From: Thermoplasmatota archaeon
GTDB taxonomy: Archaea > Thermoplasmatota > Thermoplasmata > Thermoplasmatales > Thermoplasmataceae
Assembly (NCBI GenBank): GCA_023379435.1
Contig: JAMCUH010000050.1
Coordinates: 372 to 64,371, forward strand
DNA: 64,000 nt
Direction of reading: 5' to 3'
This document shows, one piece after another, positions 45,101 through 54,436 of the stretch. Under the pieces are notes generated by a model. It saw nothing but the letters and a program-made list of their open reading frames with translations. It was not told the DNA's origin and made no database searches. The position numbers were made by a program, and so were the translations under genes. Position 1 is the stretch's first letter. The number at the start of each line of letters is the position of its first letter.

Positions 45101-48100
45101 CAAACCGCATACCAACGTCTTACAATGCAACAACTGACCTTCCTGATTATTACTTTGTAAGGAATTATGTCTTGAAGAATACCACACTTTCAGGTTCTGT
45201 TGAAATTAAGAGACAGACGTCTCTGAATGAAACAGCAACCACTGGCTTCAACCTTTCGTACATAACAAAGGGATACGTTCAGTTCACAAATTCCACTTAT
45301 GGTTACGTGAAAAATGTAACAATTTCCGATGGGAACTACACCATTAGCGGCCTCCCTCCCTATAACTACTCAATTTCAGTTATAAGCAACGGCGTCACCT
45401 ATGAAAATGTTTCATCCTATGATGTGGGAACGTCCAACGCAACATATAATGTGGATGTTAATATGGACACCATATTTGCTCTAACATATTCTTCTGTTTA
45501 TCCCCTAACTCACTATAGGGTGGTGGCAACATCATCTTCCAATACGTATACATCGTATTCCAATTCCACTGGTACTGCCACCATATGGGTGGTTCCCGGT
45601 AACTATACTGTTCGTGGAGACTCCAATGGCTCAATAAGTACTTTCACAAATGTTTCGTTCCCCTCCTGGGGCTTAAATTACACGGTGAGCCCAACTCCTG
45701 TGTTATCTGCAAACGTATCAGGCCTCGTCAAAGGTACCGGTTCTACTGTTAATATATCATTCTTCCACGACGGGCAGATAAGGAAGGATTCACTCACTGC
45801 ACGTTCTGTTAACGGGAGCTATGATGCGATAATTCCTGTTGGAACATACACTATTTATGCATACGGTGGAGGAAAAGCATACCTGAAAACAGTTGTCGTG
45901 AACAGCGACATGAATCTAACGATCTACATGAACAATTCATACGACCTGAATTTGACCTCATCCATTAAAGGGATAGCGAACTACACCGCAACCTACGAGG
46001 TTCTATCGCCAGGGGGATATCTCTCATATTACGGCCTTAATTCATCCTTGGCAAATTACCATAATTTTGCTCTTCCTGAGGGACAATATGAGTTTGCAGT
46101 TTGGGCAGTGAGCGACGGGAACGATTATTCTGGGACTTCATCCGCATACGTATCCTCATCAAGGTCATTGAATGTACCAATGACCTTTGAGAGTAATCTT
46201 ACTGCCTGTTTGTTTGACTCCTCGAAGGGTTCCAGCTACGGTGGTTCCACATATATCTCACATGGAATAGCGATCCTTTATTATGCCGGTTACCCCATAT
46301 ACTTCACAAATGTTTCAGGGAGTGGCCTTGCATATCTCCACTACAAAGTAACATATCCATCGATGCTCTCACTTGAACTTGAGCATTCCGGTTTCGCTTC
46401 AGGTCTTGTCAATGTGAATTCATCCACAGTTCAGGTTGGCTTGAATCCATTAACGGTTAACTTCACGGTTCTTCTGGGAAACGGAGTGAAAGGGACATTC
46501 CTTCTGGACGGAGCAACGCCCTATGTTATAACGGTCTCAAATGGAATTGGAACCGCATCTGTACTCCCAGGGGTGTATGGTATTAGTGCCGCCTCCCCAT
46601 ATGAAGAGCTCAATCTCACGGCATCGGTACTAACAGTACCAGTTTCGCAGAATTTCTCTTATGTTTCCACATACACAACACATTACAATGTTACATCCAG
46701 TTCTGTGTTCGAACTATTCAACAGTGAGGGAAAGTTGGTTGATCCCAGATATATTTCAGCGGGAACTTACACATTCTACTCCTTCAGAAATGGTCTGGTA
46801 AATATTTCAAGCATTTCGGTGAACGCCAATGTTAACGTAACGCCGACATTTTACAGTGGATTCTCTGTGACTCTTACAAACAGCCTTGGAAATCCCGGCG
46901 GTTATTATCTTGTCACCAGTGGGGATCTCACTGTGAACACCACCGGAACCCTCATACTTCCAGAAGGAACTTACACCATATCATATTTCGGAAGGTCCGA
47001 AACTGGTGGAGTGGACAGAAGCATCCATGGAACAACGTCCCTCTATGTGAGTACTGGCATTGCAGTGAGCGTTCCAGTTACATCCAGAGATGTTTATTCA
47101 CAAATAGATGGTTACATACATGGGTCTTCAGTTGCAAATATATTTGTATACAATCAGAAAGGTGTTGTGGTCAATTCCACAGTATCTGGCAGGAATGGTT
47201 ATTACAGCCTGGGTCTCTTCGGCGGAAACTATACGCTCTATTACATCAATTCCAACAGTTCAAAGGTATATCTCAGGTCATACATATTCTCTCCATTTTC
47301 GTCATACAGTGATGTCAATGCTACTCTCTCTACCTCAAACAAGGTATATCTTTACACCTCAGTAAATGGAATTCCAATATTCCTGAACGTTACCATTATA
47401 GCAAGCCATATCGATCTTAGCTACAACTCATCCAACGGTTATGTCATGCTGCCTTCAGCAGTATATGCTTTCTCTGCTTCACAGAACGAGACATTTGTAA
47501 ATTACACCGGATCAACGCTGTATGTATCATATGCTGCAGGAGAAACGGCCTATGTTTCCGGTACAACATACATAAACCTGAACCTGGAAAGACACAACAT
47601 TTACGACTTCAACCTCACACAGATTAACAAAACGGCATCTGCATATCCACTGACCAATGTAACATATGAATTTACACTGAGAAACACAGGTAATACAAAT
47701 GTTACAGTAAAGCTTTATACCGGCAATTTAACCTGGAACATGACCTTCCAGCAGAAAAAGCTCACGCTTCTATCAGGCCAGATGATGTATGATAATGTTA
47801 CGGTAACGGTGCCACTTTCAGCTCCAGCCGGGCTCAACACTGTACCCGTAAGGGTAAACTACAGCGGCGGAAATTTCACAGGCGATGTTAAAATAAGCGT
47901 ATTGAAGAAATTCGGCTATGTGATAAAACCTGTTTCCAGCTATCTGGTTGGCTATTCCATCACAAATTCAACTAACCTTTCACTCATGCACCTCACCGAG
48001 GTGGCCATACCCAACGGAACTGCCTTCATGATGCCACTAAATTTCACAAACACAGGAAATGCGCCGGAGAATATTACCCTTGAACTGAACACAACTGTCA

Positions 48101-48474
48101 TTTCCAGTTATGGCTGGAATGTCTCCCTTGTGCATGGAGGAAAGGCAGTTAGTAGTCTTTACCTGGGATTTAATTCCACAGAAACAGTTTATGCTGTCAT
48201 TACCCCCAACGGATCCGACACATCACATCTGAAGGGAGGATACTTTGATGTTAGCACGGTTGGACCATCCGGAACAAAGAACTACGAGGTTATAATGACG
48301 CCTTTCTATACACCTTCACTTCACGTGACACCATATCCAACGGGCAATCAGATAATCAGCAATTATACAGGTAACCCGACAACAACACTCATAACAGGAC
48401 TTATCATAATAGTGGTTGCTGTTTTGGCTGGTTTGATACTTGCGGCAAGCAGATCAAGGAGAAACAACAGATGA
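42106..48474 (+). CDS. aglB: Oligosaccharyltransferase AglB (STT3) with a long C-terminal beta-repeat extension and C-terminal TM
   Basis: SDPYY, TIAE and WWDYG motifs; about 13 N-terminal TMs; roughly 1200 aa of Ser/Thr/Asn/Tyr-rich tail. Confidence 0.9.
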   Translation: MYELEESRYDRIMDFFRRSPEIPIIAILVSLYILLGNLYAYPVTLVGAFKGAFFPTSGGSDPYYNWRAIEYTIINHHWLYYDNAINYPLGTGNPRTPYFHFLIIMVAYITSPFVHVLTGAEIGLLEIDAVFGGLLIIPVYLMGKELFGKRAGLIGAVIYTLIPSNLTSGILSDGRMHTPELIFAFFTIYFFQMALNKVNKTRIIENLTDLRSYVSSIKRFIGSNMLSVIYILLAGTSMAALMLAWQGYAYIEAIIVIYIFIQYIFNILTRKPSGYLFLFSILFMLIAFGIGSYYYVGIGDARSWLYNEIYLGIVTVAFGFLVTAVSRRPWLVSISIIAIISVLGFAAIDILKHGLITYLISGAGYFVKTRVYSTIAEAAAPPLGQYIGGFGAAEFIIGISGLAYILYYFAKNRKDSIFFMFIFSIISIYMSFAAARFNITAAPVYAILGAGLLVYLADVVRLYEIKNRRATEQMGIKKSIKGNIKPIHVFFVVLIVLALLIPSGFTMVDAAVPANNAASLNNQIYNSLPSFLRPSNYSSSSDNFVGSYGVGIINSSYPLSQAFEWLATQNTNVPLCQRPAFVSWWDYGFEEVIQGKHPSVADDFQQGYQVAGQVLLSQNESQIIGLFLAREVQGSYEKNNSRITPALFNTLATYLGSKEAKNIESYIQDPSKYSYIVLSDPSVYGNYSSVIGPQNTYFALVAGQLAEDYPLSTIVNAYQAVSSLTGSFIQYIGVTAAGSSSLFPYSGNDTGIFYAPSYLSDHSTYTYEGEVVPYEFYNIIAETSNATYPLKDLPTGASVTGYQIQYTPEFYNTTIYRAVIGYPPSAVGQTGGIPGIDYDQSNLSAMPAWNMSNFIVEYYPVLYNPYKDYKAHISDFRIISLQQGYKYATEKNGTVFMFSPMSELVTDSNPILAYYPGATVTGRVTTSTGAPVSGVLVTIYDQYGIPHEYVRTNRQGYYNLTALPGNDTVLISEGKMSPLYLAGSNVLDSFKVNVTQNEANRIPTSYNATTDLPDYYFVRNYVLKNTTLSGSVEIKRQTSLNETATTGFNLSYITKGYVQFTNSTYGYVKNVTISDGNYTISGLPPYNYSISVISNGVTYENVSSYDVGTSNATYNVDVNMDTIFALTYSSVYPLTHYRVVATSSSNTYTSYSNSTGTATIWVVPGNYTVRGDSNGSISTFTNVSFPSWGLNYTVSPTPVLSANVSGLVKGTGSTVNISFFHDGQIRKDSLTARSVNGSYDAIIPVGTYTIYAYGGGKAYLKTVVVNSDMNLTIYMNNSYDLNLTSSIKGIANYTATYEVLSPGGYLSYYGLNSSLANYHNFALPEGQYEFAVWAVSDGNDYSGTSSAYVSSSRSLNVPMTFESNLTACLFDSSKGSSYGGSTYISHGIAILYYAGYPIYFTNVSGSGLAYLHYKVTYPSMLSLELEHSGFASGLVNVNSSTVQVGLNPLTVNFTVLLGNGVKGTFLLDGATPYVITVSNGIGTASVLPGVYGISAASPYEELNLTASVLTVPVSQNFSYVSTYTTHYNVTSSSVFELFNSEGKLVDPRYISAGTYTFYSFRNGLVNISSISVNANVNVTPTFYSGFSVTLTNSLGNPGGYYLVTSGDLTVNTTGTLILPEGTYTISYFGRSETGGVDRSIHGTTSLYVSTGIAVSVPVTSRDVYSQIDGYIHGSSVANIFVYNQKGVVVNSTVSGRNGYYSLGLFGGNYTLYYINSNSSKVYLRSYIFSPFSSYSDVNATLSTSNKVYLYTSVNGIPIFLNVTIIASHIDLSYNSSNGYVMLPSAVYAFSASQNETFVNYTGSTLYVSYAAGETAYVSGTTYINLNLERHNIYDFNLTQINKTASAYPLTNVTYEFTLRNTGNTNVTVKLYTGNLTWNMTFQQKKLTLLSGQMMYDNVTVTVPLSAPAGLNTVPVRVNYSGGNFTGDVKISVLKKFGYVIKPVSSYLVGYSITNSTNLSLMHLTEVAIPNGTAFMMPLNFTNTGNAPENITLELNTTVISSYGWNVSLVHGGKAVSSLYLGFNSTETVYAVITPNGSDTSHLKGGYFDVSTVGPSGTKNYEVIMTPFYTPSLHVTPYPTGNQIISNYTGNPTTTLITGLIIIVVAVLAGLILAASRSRRNNR

Positions 48475-49244
48475 AAGCTTTTGTAATCTCTATTCTCATA
48501 GTACTGTTTTCGATGTCACTTGTTCCAGCGATATCAGTGGCAACTGCGCCGTCTCCAGCTGTATTCAGTGCTTCCGCTGTCTATCCTTCAGATGTGTATA
48601 CCGGTGAAAGCTTTCAGATTTATATCAATGCCACCTACGGTTTCACAAACTATTCGGTTGGATTGATATTTTCTGCGGATAACCTCTCAGGCATTTCGCC
48701 CGGTGCATTTGATCACCTTAATAATGCAAGCAATCCATATTTTGTGATCGATGTAACTGCGCCGTCTTCACAGGAATCGCTAACTATATACGTATCGGTG
48801 TTTGCACAGGGCTATTATGGAAACGTCTCTCATTACATGACACTTCACATTAATGTTTACCGGCCCATGATACTGACAGCAATGGTCACAAACCCGACTG
48901 CATCCGCCATGTATAATGTAACTGTAACATTCTACCTGGATTCTTTTGAAATTGATAGCTCTGTGATCAAGTCAATTGCCCCCCATCAAACAAAGATCGT
49001 CAACGAGACCATTGTCAGACCAATCTTCATGAAGAAGGGATACAACACACTCACAGTAAAGGTGAGCAATTCCGCAGCCCTCATCAACAATGCAGCATCC
49101 TACAGCACGAAATTCTATTATGGGAAGCCACCCAACTACACATGGATCTACTATGTTGCTGCAGCCGTACTCATTTTCATGGTGGTAATGGTGATCGCAG
49201 CAGGAAGAAGAAGCTCAAAGCTTGGACCCAAATGGAAGAAATAG
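48471..49244 (+). CDS. Secreted CARDB/Ig-like protein with C-terminal membrane anchor
   Basis: Signal peptide; VTNPTASAMYNVTVTFYLD...IAPHQTK CARDB-like pattern; C-terminal TM plus basic tail; ATGA overlap with aglB. Confidence 0.7.
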   Translation: MKAFVISILIVLFSMSLVPAISVATAPSPAVFSASAVYPSDVYTGESFQIYINATYGFTNYSVGLIFSADNLSGISPGAFDHLNNASNPYFVIDVTAPSSQESLTIYVSVFAQGYYGNVSHYMTLHINVYRPMILTAMVTNPTASAMYNVTVTFYLDSFEIDSSVIKSIAPHQTKIVNETIVRPIFMKKGYNTLTVKVSNSAALINNAASYSTKFYYGKPPNYTWIYYVAAAVLIFMVVMVIAAGRRSSKLGPKWKK

Positions 49245-49245
49245 A

Positions 49246-49902
49246 TTAAGTGAGGAATTTCCTTATTGTCACGAATTCCCTTTCAAATATTTCCTTCCTC
49301 TTCAGACCAGCGAAGTTTACTGTCCTGTAGCTGCTGTCTTCTGATCTGGCAATTCTTGCTGCAGAAAGGGCATTGTTGTGAAGGTTGTGTGGAAAGCTCG
49401 TATTGCTCTCGTCCACGATCTTGACCGGTATTCTCATGACAAGGAGTTCCCGCTCAATGATCTTCCTGTTGGGAAGATCGCCATCGCCGAGCCGGACAAC
49501 ACACTCCTTATAATCATAATCAGACATGATTGTGGATAGCACCCTTGATATCCTGTGCGGATCGACAATCTCGAAGGCTTCAAGGAGAACACTGTCACCC
49601 ATAACCGCGACGCCCGGTCTGGGCCCCGGATCTATGCCTATGACAATTTTGCTGAACTGGCTCTTGCCCATAACTCTCGGGAAAACCTTCCTCATGACAC
49701 CCAGGGGATCATTACCCCTGATCTGAAGAGCCCCCGCATCCGGGTCCCCAAGTGCACTGATAATTATCTGTGCATGTGTTTCCTGTGATGCGGATGTTAA
49801 CTCCTCAAATGGCACATTCATCCTCTTAAGTAGCTGCACTATATTATGATAAAACAGAAAATTTGACGTGAAAACGCCAAGCTTTGGCATCTTATACTCC
49901 AT
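49246..49902 (-). CDS. RNase H-like fold protein (YqgF/RuvX-like)
   Basis: IGIDPG...GVAV, VRLGDG, IVDESNTS, NALSAARIA. Confidence 0.6.
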   Translation of the reverse strand: MEYKMPKLGVFTSNFLFYHNIVQLLKRMNVPFEELTSASQETHAQIIISALGDPDAGALQIRGNDPLGVMRKVFPRVMGKSQFSKIVIGIDPGPRPGVAVMGDSVLLEAFEIVDPHRISRVLSTIMSDYDYKECVVRLGDGDLPNRKIIERELLVMRIPVKIVDESNTSFPHNLHNNALSAARIARSEDSSYRTVNFAGLKRKEIFEREFVTIRKFLT

Positions 49903-49948
49903 ATATCTGTATTCTAAAAACCTTATCCATGGCAGATCACCGTGGCAA

Positions 49949-51286
49949 TCAGAAGCCCCCCCATGTCTCCTTCAGGATCCTGTTGACAGCCTCAATGAAA
50001 ACCTTCTCCTTTCCTTTGGGAATAACTGCGCCGGCTGCTATATCATGTCCTCCCCCACTCCCTCCGACCTCTTCAGACGCATTCTTCATGACGGTTGAAA
50101 GGTTGAGGCCTTTCTGAATCATCCTCCTTGTCCCCCTTGAGGATACGTGGGTGTTTTCGGTGGAGACGTTAAAACCAACCAGGGGTTTGTTCTGTGGTGC
50201 CAAATAAAGCATCAGTGTTCCTGCAATGGAACCGGCCATCTCTGACTCCGGTGCATAAAAATAATTAACATGTGACAGTGAATAGAGCTGGTTTGCTGAC
50301 CTGTAACAATAATCTATCAGCCTTGTCTTGAAGATTTTCCAGTTGTCCAGCATCTCAGCTCGCACACTTTTATCTCCCAGGAAATATTGCATGACCACAC
50401 CGTTTGAATCAAGCCTTGTATTTCCATCGATGATACTGCTTAACTCCTTGGAGTTAAAATCCATTCCTGGGAAATTAAGAACGTCAGCTTCCATTGTCTT
50501 GAGTGCCTCAATACCAACCTCCTGTGAGATAAGTGCCTTTGCCAGCCTTTTTCCGAGGATTCTCTTCTCGTTCTCAGAGAGATCCGCCGGTTTCTTGGCA
50601 GGATCGATATTGAGCTCCTTCAGAAGTAGCGAGCTGTTCTCCTGATTCCCTGTGATTCCCTTATAAAATGGATCTGTGGAATAGACAAGCGCATTGATGA
50701 TGGAATCACCCTCAAGATTCAGAGTATGGTTTTCTCTGTATCTAGAAACAAAGAGATCCCTGAGTGATCTATTCAACCCGGTGAGGCCGCCAAGGTCCTG
50801 CCTGTCTGCAAGAATTCCGGACATGAGAAAAGGGAAGAGATCTGCGTTGTTGCCATCAAGCTCAAGGGCCATCATGAACGCCATTGTGGCACCGCATGCA
50901 TCTCTGGTTCCATCAATACCGTATTTTCTGACGTTTATATTCAGGGCCTTTGTGCCGCTGTCAGAATAGAAATGATGGTCAAGAACGATTATGTTATCCG
51001 TCCTGTCAAGAAACCTGAGCTGATCTGAACCTGCATCGGAAATGATAATGAGAGAGCTTTCATGATCAATCAGTGCATTGAATGAAGGGCCGTCAAGTGC
51101 CTTAACAAAACTCAGATGAAATTTTATTCCAAGCCGCTTCAGTGCATTTGTAAGTATAATTGCTGCACTCGTGCCGTCACCATCATAATGGCAAAGGAGA
51201 CGCACCTGTTCGTTCTCATGGATAAGATCCGACGCCTTTTTCAAATCTGCCTGAAATTCGTCGGAGATCAGGCCATTGAAATCCAT
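49949..51286 (-). CDS. DHH-family RecJ/Cdc45-like nuclease (GAN-type)
   Basis: HYDGDG, SDAG, LDHH and GGGH (DHHA1) motifs. Directly after rps15 (TAATG overlap), the established GAN position. Confidence 0.85.
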   Translation of the reverse strand: MDFNGLISDEFQADLKKASDLIHENEQVRLLCHYDGDGTSAAIILTNALKRLGIKFHLSFVKALDGPSFNALIDHESSLIIISDAGSDQLRFLDRTDNIIVLDHHFYSDSGTKALNINVRKYGIDGTRDACGATMAFMMALELDGNNADLFPFLMSGILADRQDLGGLTGLNRSLRDLFVSRYRENHTLNLEGDSIINALVYSTDPFYKGITGNQENSSLLLKELNIDPAKKPADLSENEKRILGKRLAKALISQEVGIEALKTMEADVLNFPGMDFNSKELSSIIDGNTRLDSNGVVMQYFLGDKSVRAEMLDNWKIFKTRLIDYCYRSANQLYSLSHVNYFYAPESEMAGSIAGTLMLYLAPQNKPLVGFNVSTENTHVSSRGTRRMIQKGLNLSTVMKNASEEVGGSGGGHDIAAGAVIPKGKEKVFIEAVNRILKETWGGF

Positions 51287-51723
51287 TACAGTGCTTTCTC
51301 TACGTTCCATTCTGCAGGAAGCCTTCCCTCTCGTTTATAATATTTAACAAGTCTAAGGATTTTAGCCATTATAAGGGATCTACCCCTGCTGTTGCTCATA
51401 TCGTTCTTGTTAAGAGCCATGTGCTTTGTAACGTTTTTGTACCTCTTTATGAGATTTGCAAGATCTTCTGGAATATCGTCAGTGATACCCTTCTCAGTGA
51501 GAATCTGGCCTATCTTCTTTCCCACAATGCTCTTTGTTGAAGGAATTGCGTGCTGATCCCTGAGTTTGATTCCTATAACGGAGTTGGGGACCTTCTCTGA
51601 TTTCATCTGCACCACAAGATCTATAATCTCGGAGTCGGACAATGTAATCCACTCGTGCCTTCCCGTATCGTATATCTTATGGGATCCAGATTTTCCCCTC
51701 TTCCTTGTGTGCATTCTGGCCAT
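51286..51723 (-). CDS. rps15p: 30S ribosomal protein S15 (uS15)
   Basis: MARMHTRKRGKSGS...IPEDL...RLVKYYK. Confidence 0.98.
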   Translation of the reverse strand: MARMHTRKRGKSGSHKIYDTGRHEWITLSDSEIIDLVVQMKSEKVPNSVIGIKLRDQHAIPSTKSIVGKKIGQILTEKGITDDIPEDLANLIKRYKNVTKHMALNKNDMSNSRGRSLIMAKILRLVKYYKREGRLPAEWNVEKAL

Positions 51724-51970
51724 ATGCTAACCTTCATGGTTCATGTTATTCATATTAATTACATTTTCTTCAATGTGACGCTGCCAAAAATTAATTGATC
51801 TTTTATTCATAATATGGCTCTCAATCTTGCGAATCAGTTACAGACACTTTCACTTCCTTATCTAAACGCATTTTTAATCAATAAATGTCATTAGCAGGAA
51901 AGTATTTTATCAACTGAAAACCAACAGATCTTCAATGTCAGTTCACTGAAATGGTAATCTTCATTGGTAT

Positions 51971-52636
51971 CTAGAGACCCACATACGTTTCATATGCAGC
52001 AATTATCTCTCCTGCAACTGTCCATATTGTCAGTTCCTGGTCAAATATTGACACTCTCCTGCCAATATGTGAAAGATCAGAAATATAATCCCCTGATGTA
52101 AATCCCCCAATGACAAATGTCTGATCCCTTGCTTCAACGAGATTGTTTCTTGAAACATGTTCTCCGGAAGGCCACATCACGGTTACTTTTCCACTTCCAT
52201 AAGACTTGATAGATTCAATGGCAGATTTTTTCTCCGTACTGAAAAGCACATCTTCACCAGATCTGATTTCACCAAGTTCGAAGAGCTGTTCCATGAGACC
52301 TGCAAACCTGTTGTATGATTTGGGTATCCTGGTCTCTGGGTTTACCTTAATGAGAATGTCGTTTCTTGTGTGAATAAATACGGACAGCTCACCAAGAATA
52401 TTGATTATGGAGCTATTTAGCACGTTGAGAAGAATATGGAAAATGTCTGGCCTGCCCCTTCTTTTTGAAGAACTGGGAAAATATGCGTCAATTGAACGGT
52501 GGAGGAGGCTGGAATCAAGAAGCAGGTTACCAGGTTTCTTTTTTCTTTTTTTGGAGAGTTGCGTAACTGCGTCATCCTTCCACATTTCCTCCGGGATGGT
52601 TTCAAGCTCGGAATCCACAAAGAAAAGCGTCAGCAT
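51971..52636 (-). CDS. nep1: 16S rRNA pseudouridine N1-methyltransferase Nep1 (SPOUT)
   Basis: LLDSSLLH, RGRPDIFH, TRIPKSYNRFAGLMEQL, IGGF..GD. Confidence 0.92.
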   Translation of the reverse strand: MLTLFFVDSELETIPEEMWKDDAVTQLSKKRKKKPGNLLLDSSLLHRSIDAYFPSSSKRRGRPDIFHILLNVLNSSIINILGELSVFIHTRNDILIKVNPETRIPKSYNRFAGLMEQLFELGEIRSGEDVLFSTEKKSAIESIKSYGSGKVTVMWPSGEHVSRNNLVEARDQTFVIGGFTSGDYISDLSHIGRRVSIFDQELTIWTVAGEIIAAYETYVGL

Positions 52637-52655
52637 GATACATCATTGCGATGAG

Positions 52656-53588
52656 TCAGATATTTTTGTTCCTGAGAAGCCACAGAAGCAGAGCCTTCTC
52701 GGTGTGCAGCCTGTTCTCTGCCTGCTGAAATACGTAGCTGTTCGGTCCATCTATTATTTCCTCTGAAACCTCGAGTCCCCGGTGGGCAGGAAGGCAGTGA
52801 AGAAACATATAATCCTTTCTTGCCCTTGCAATCAGCTGCCTGTTGACCTGAAAGCCCTCAAAGTACCTCTCCTTCCTTTCCTTTCTGTCTTCCTCACCCA
52901 TGGAAACCCACACATCCGTATATATAACATCGGCACCGTTCATATCATTCGCAGGATCATGGGATATGGTAAGAACCGCATTCTTTTCCCTGGCCATCTC
53001 CTTTGCCATCATGAAGATTGTTGGGTCAGGGCCAAAATCCTGCGGTGTGCTTGCTATCATGTTGATCCCGAGTATTGCGCATGCGTAAAGGAGAGAATTT
53101 GTAACGTTATTTCCGTCGCCAACATATACAAGCTTGAGGCCAGATAGTTTCCCCTTGACCTCCTTTATGGTCATGAAATCGGCAAGCATCTGAACCGGAT
53201 GCTCAATGTCATCAAGTGCGTTGATGACCGGAACCGTACTGTTCCTTGCCAGAGTTACCATATTATGGTGCTTGAAGGCCCTGTAGGCAATAACATCCAC
53301 GAAAGATGATAATACCCTGGCAGTATCCTCAATCGTCTCACCTCTGCCCAGCTGCATGTCGGAAGGGTTAAGGACAATGGAGTGACCGCCAAGCTGGTCC
53401 ATGGCAACCTGGAAAGAAACCCTTGTTCTCGTACTTGGTTTCTCAAAAATCATGGCAAGGGTTTTATTGTCAGCCTCAGGATATCTCCTGTATCTTTCTT
53501 TCTTGAGATCAATGGCCAGATCAATGATCTTCTCAAAGTCCTGCTGCATGTCCCTTACAGAAAGAATATCCTTACCCATGCGCTTCAC
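52656..53588 (-). CDS. argF: Ornithine carbamoyltransferase
   Basis: FEKPSTRT, HPVQ, DVWVSMG, HCLPAHRG, QAENR. Start may be ATG at 53579. Confidence 0.96.
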   Translation of the reverse strand: MKRMGKDILSVRDMQQDFEKIIDLAIDLKKERYRRYPEADNKTLAMIFEKPSTRTRVSFQVAMDQLGGHSIVLNPSDMQLGRGETIEDTARVLSSFVDVIAYRAFKHHNMVTLARNSTVPVINALDDIEHPVQMLADFMTIKEVKGKLSGLKLVYVGDGNNVTNSLLYACAILGINMIASTPQDFGPDPTIFMMAKEMAREKNAVLTISHDPANDMNGADVIYTDVWVSMGEEDRKERKERYFEGFQVNRQLIARARKDYMFLHCLPAHRGLEVSEEIIDGPNSYVFQQAENRLHTEKALLLWLLRNKNI

Positions 53589-54436
53589 CCCAGATACTTT
53601 GGAACATCGTCCGGGTAGTCTGCGACCTTGACACCAACGGAATTGAATGCCTTTATCTTTGACTCTGCTGTTCCAACACCTTTCTCTATTATGGCGCCCG
53701 CATGGCCCATTCTTTTTCCAGGAGGCGCACTCCTCCCTGTTATGTAGGCAACGACCTTCTTCTTCACATGGTCCCGTATGTATTCGGCCGCCTTTTCCTC
53801 ATTGCTCCCTCCTATTTCCCCGACAAGTACAATTCTCTTGGTATCCGGATCGTTCTCGAAGACCTTGAGAACATCTACGAATGTGAGACCAACAACAGGA
53901 TCTCCACCAAGACCAACAACAGTGCTCTCACCGTAGCCGGCCCTTGTTATGGAATCCACTATTTCGTAAGTTAGGGTACCGCTTCTGGATGCAACGGCAA
54001 CGTCTCCCTTCCTGAATATCTGGTTCGGCATTATGCCGATCTTGGAGTAACCGGGTCTTGTCACTCCGGGCCCGTTGGGACCAAGAAGTGTGACACTCCT
54101 GAGACTGGCCTGATGAAAGATTTCCATTGTATCGTGGAATGGAACCTTCTCAGTGAGTATGTATATGAGTTTGACACCCGCATCTATGGCTTCATATGCA
54201 GCATCCTTGACAAATGGCGCAGGAACTGCGATCATTGATGCGTTTGGCTCATAGTCCATGGCCTCTCTCATGCTGTTAACAATGGGCACATCGTGTATTT
54301 TTTCACCTTTCTTCCCAGGTGTAACACCGGCAACAACCTTTGTTCCGAACTTGATCATTTCAGCAGTGTGAAATGAACCCTGATGCCCCGTAATTCCCTG
54401 GACGACCACCCTTGTGTTCTCATCGACATAAGCCAT
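53585..54436 (-). CDS. sucD: Succinyl-CoA synthetase alpha subunit
   Basis: QGITG, SRSGTLTYE, RMGHAGA phospho-His motif. Confidence 0.97.
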   Translation of the reverse strand: MAYVDENTRVVVQGITGHQGSFHTAEMIKFGTKVVAGVTPGKKGEKIHDVPIVNSMREAMDYEPNASMIAVPAPFVKDAAYEAIDAGVKLIYILTEKVPFHDTMEIFHQASLRSVTLLGPNGPGVTRPGYSKIGIMPNQIFRKGDVAVASRSGTLTYEIVDSITRAGYGESTVVGLGGDPVVGLTFVDVLKVFENDPDTKRIVLVGEIGGSNEEKAAEYIRDHVKKKVVAYITGRSAPPGKRMGHAGAIIEKGVGTAESKIKAFNSVGVKVADYPDDVPKYLG

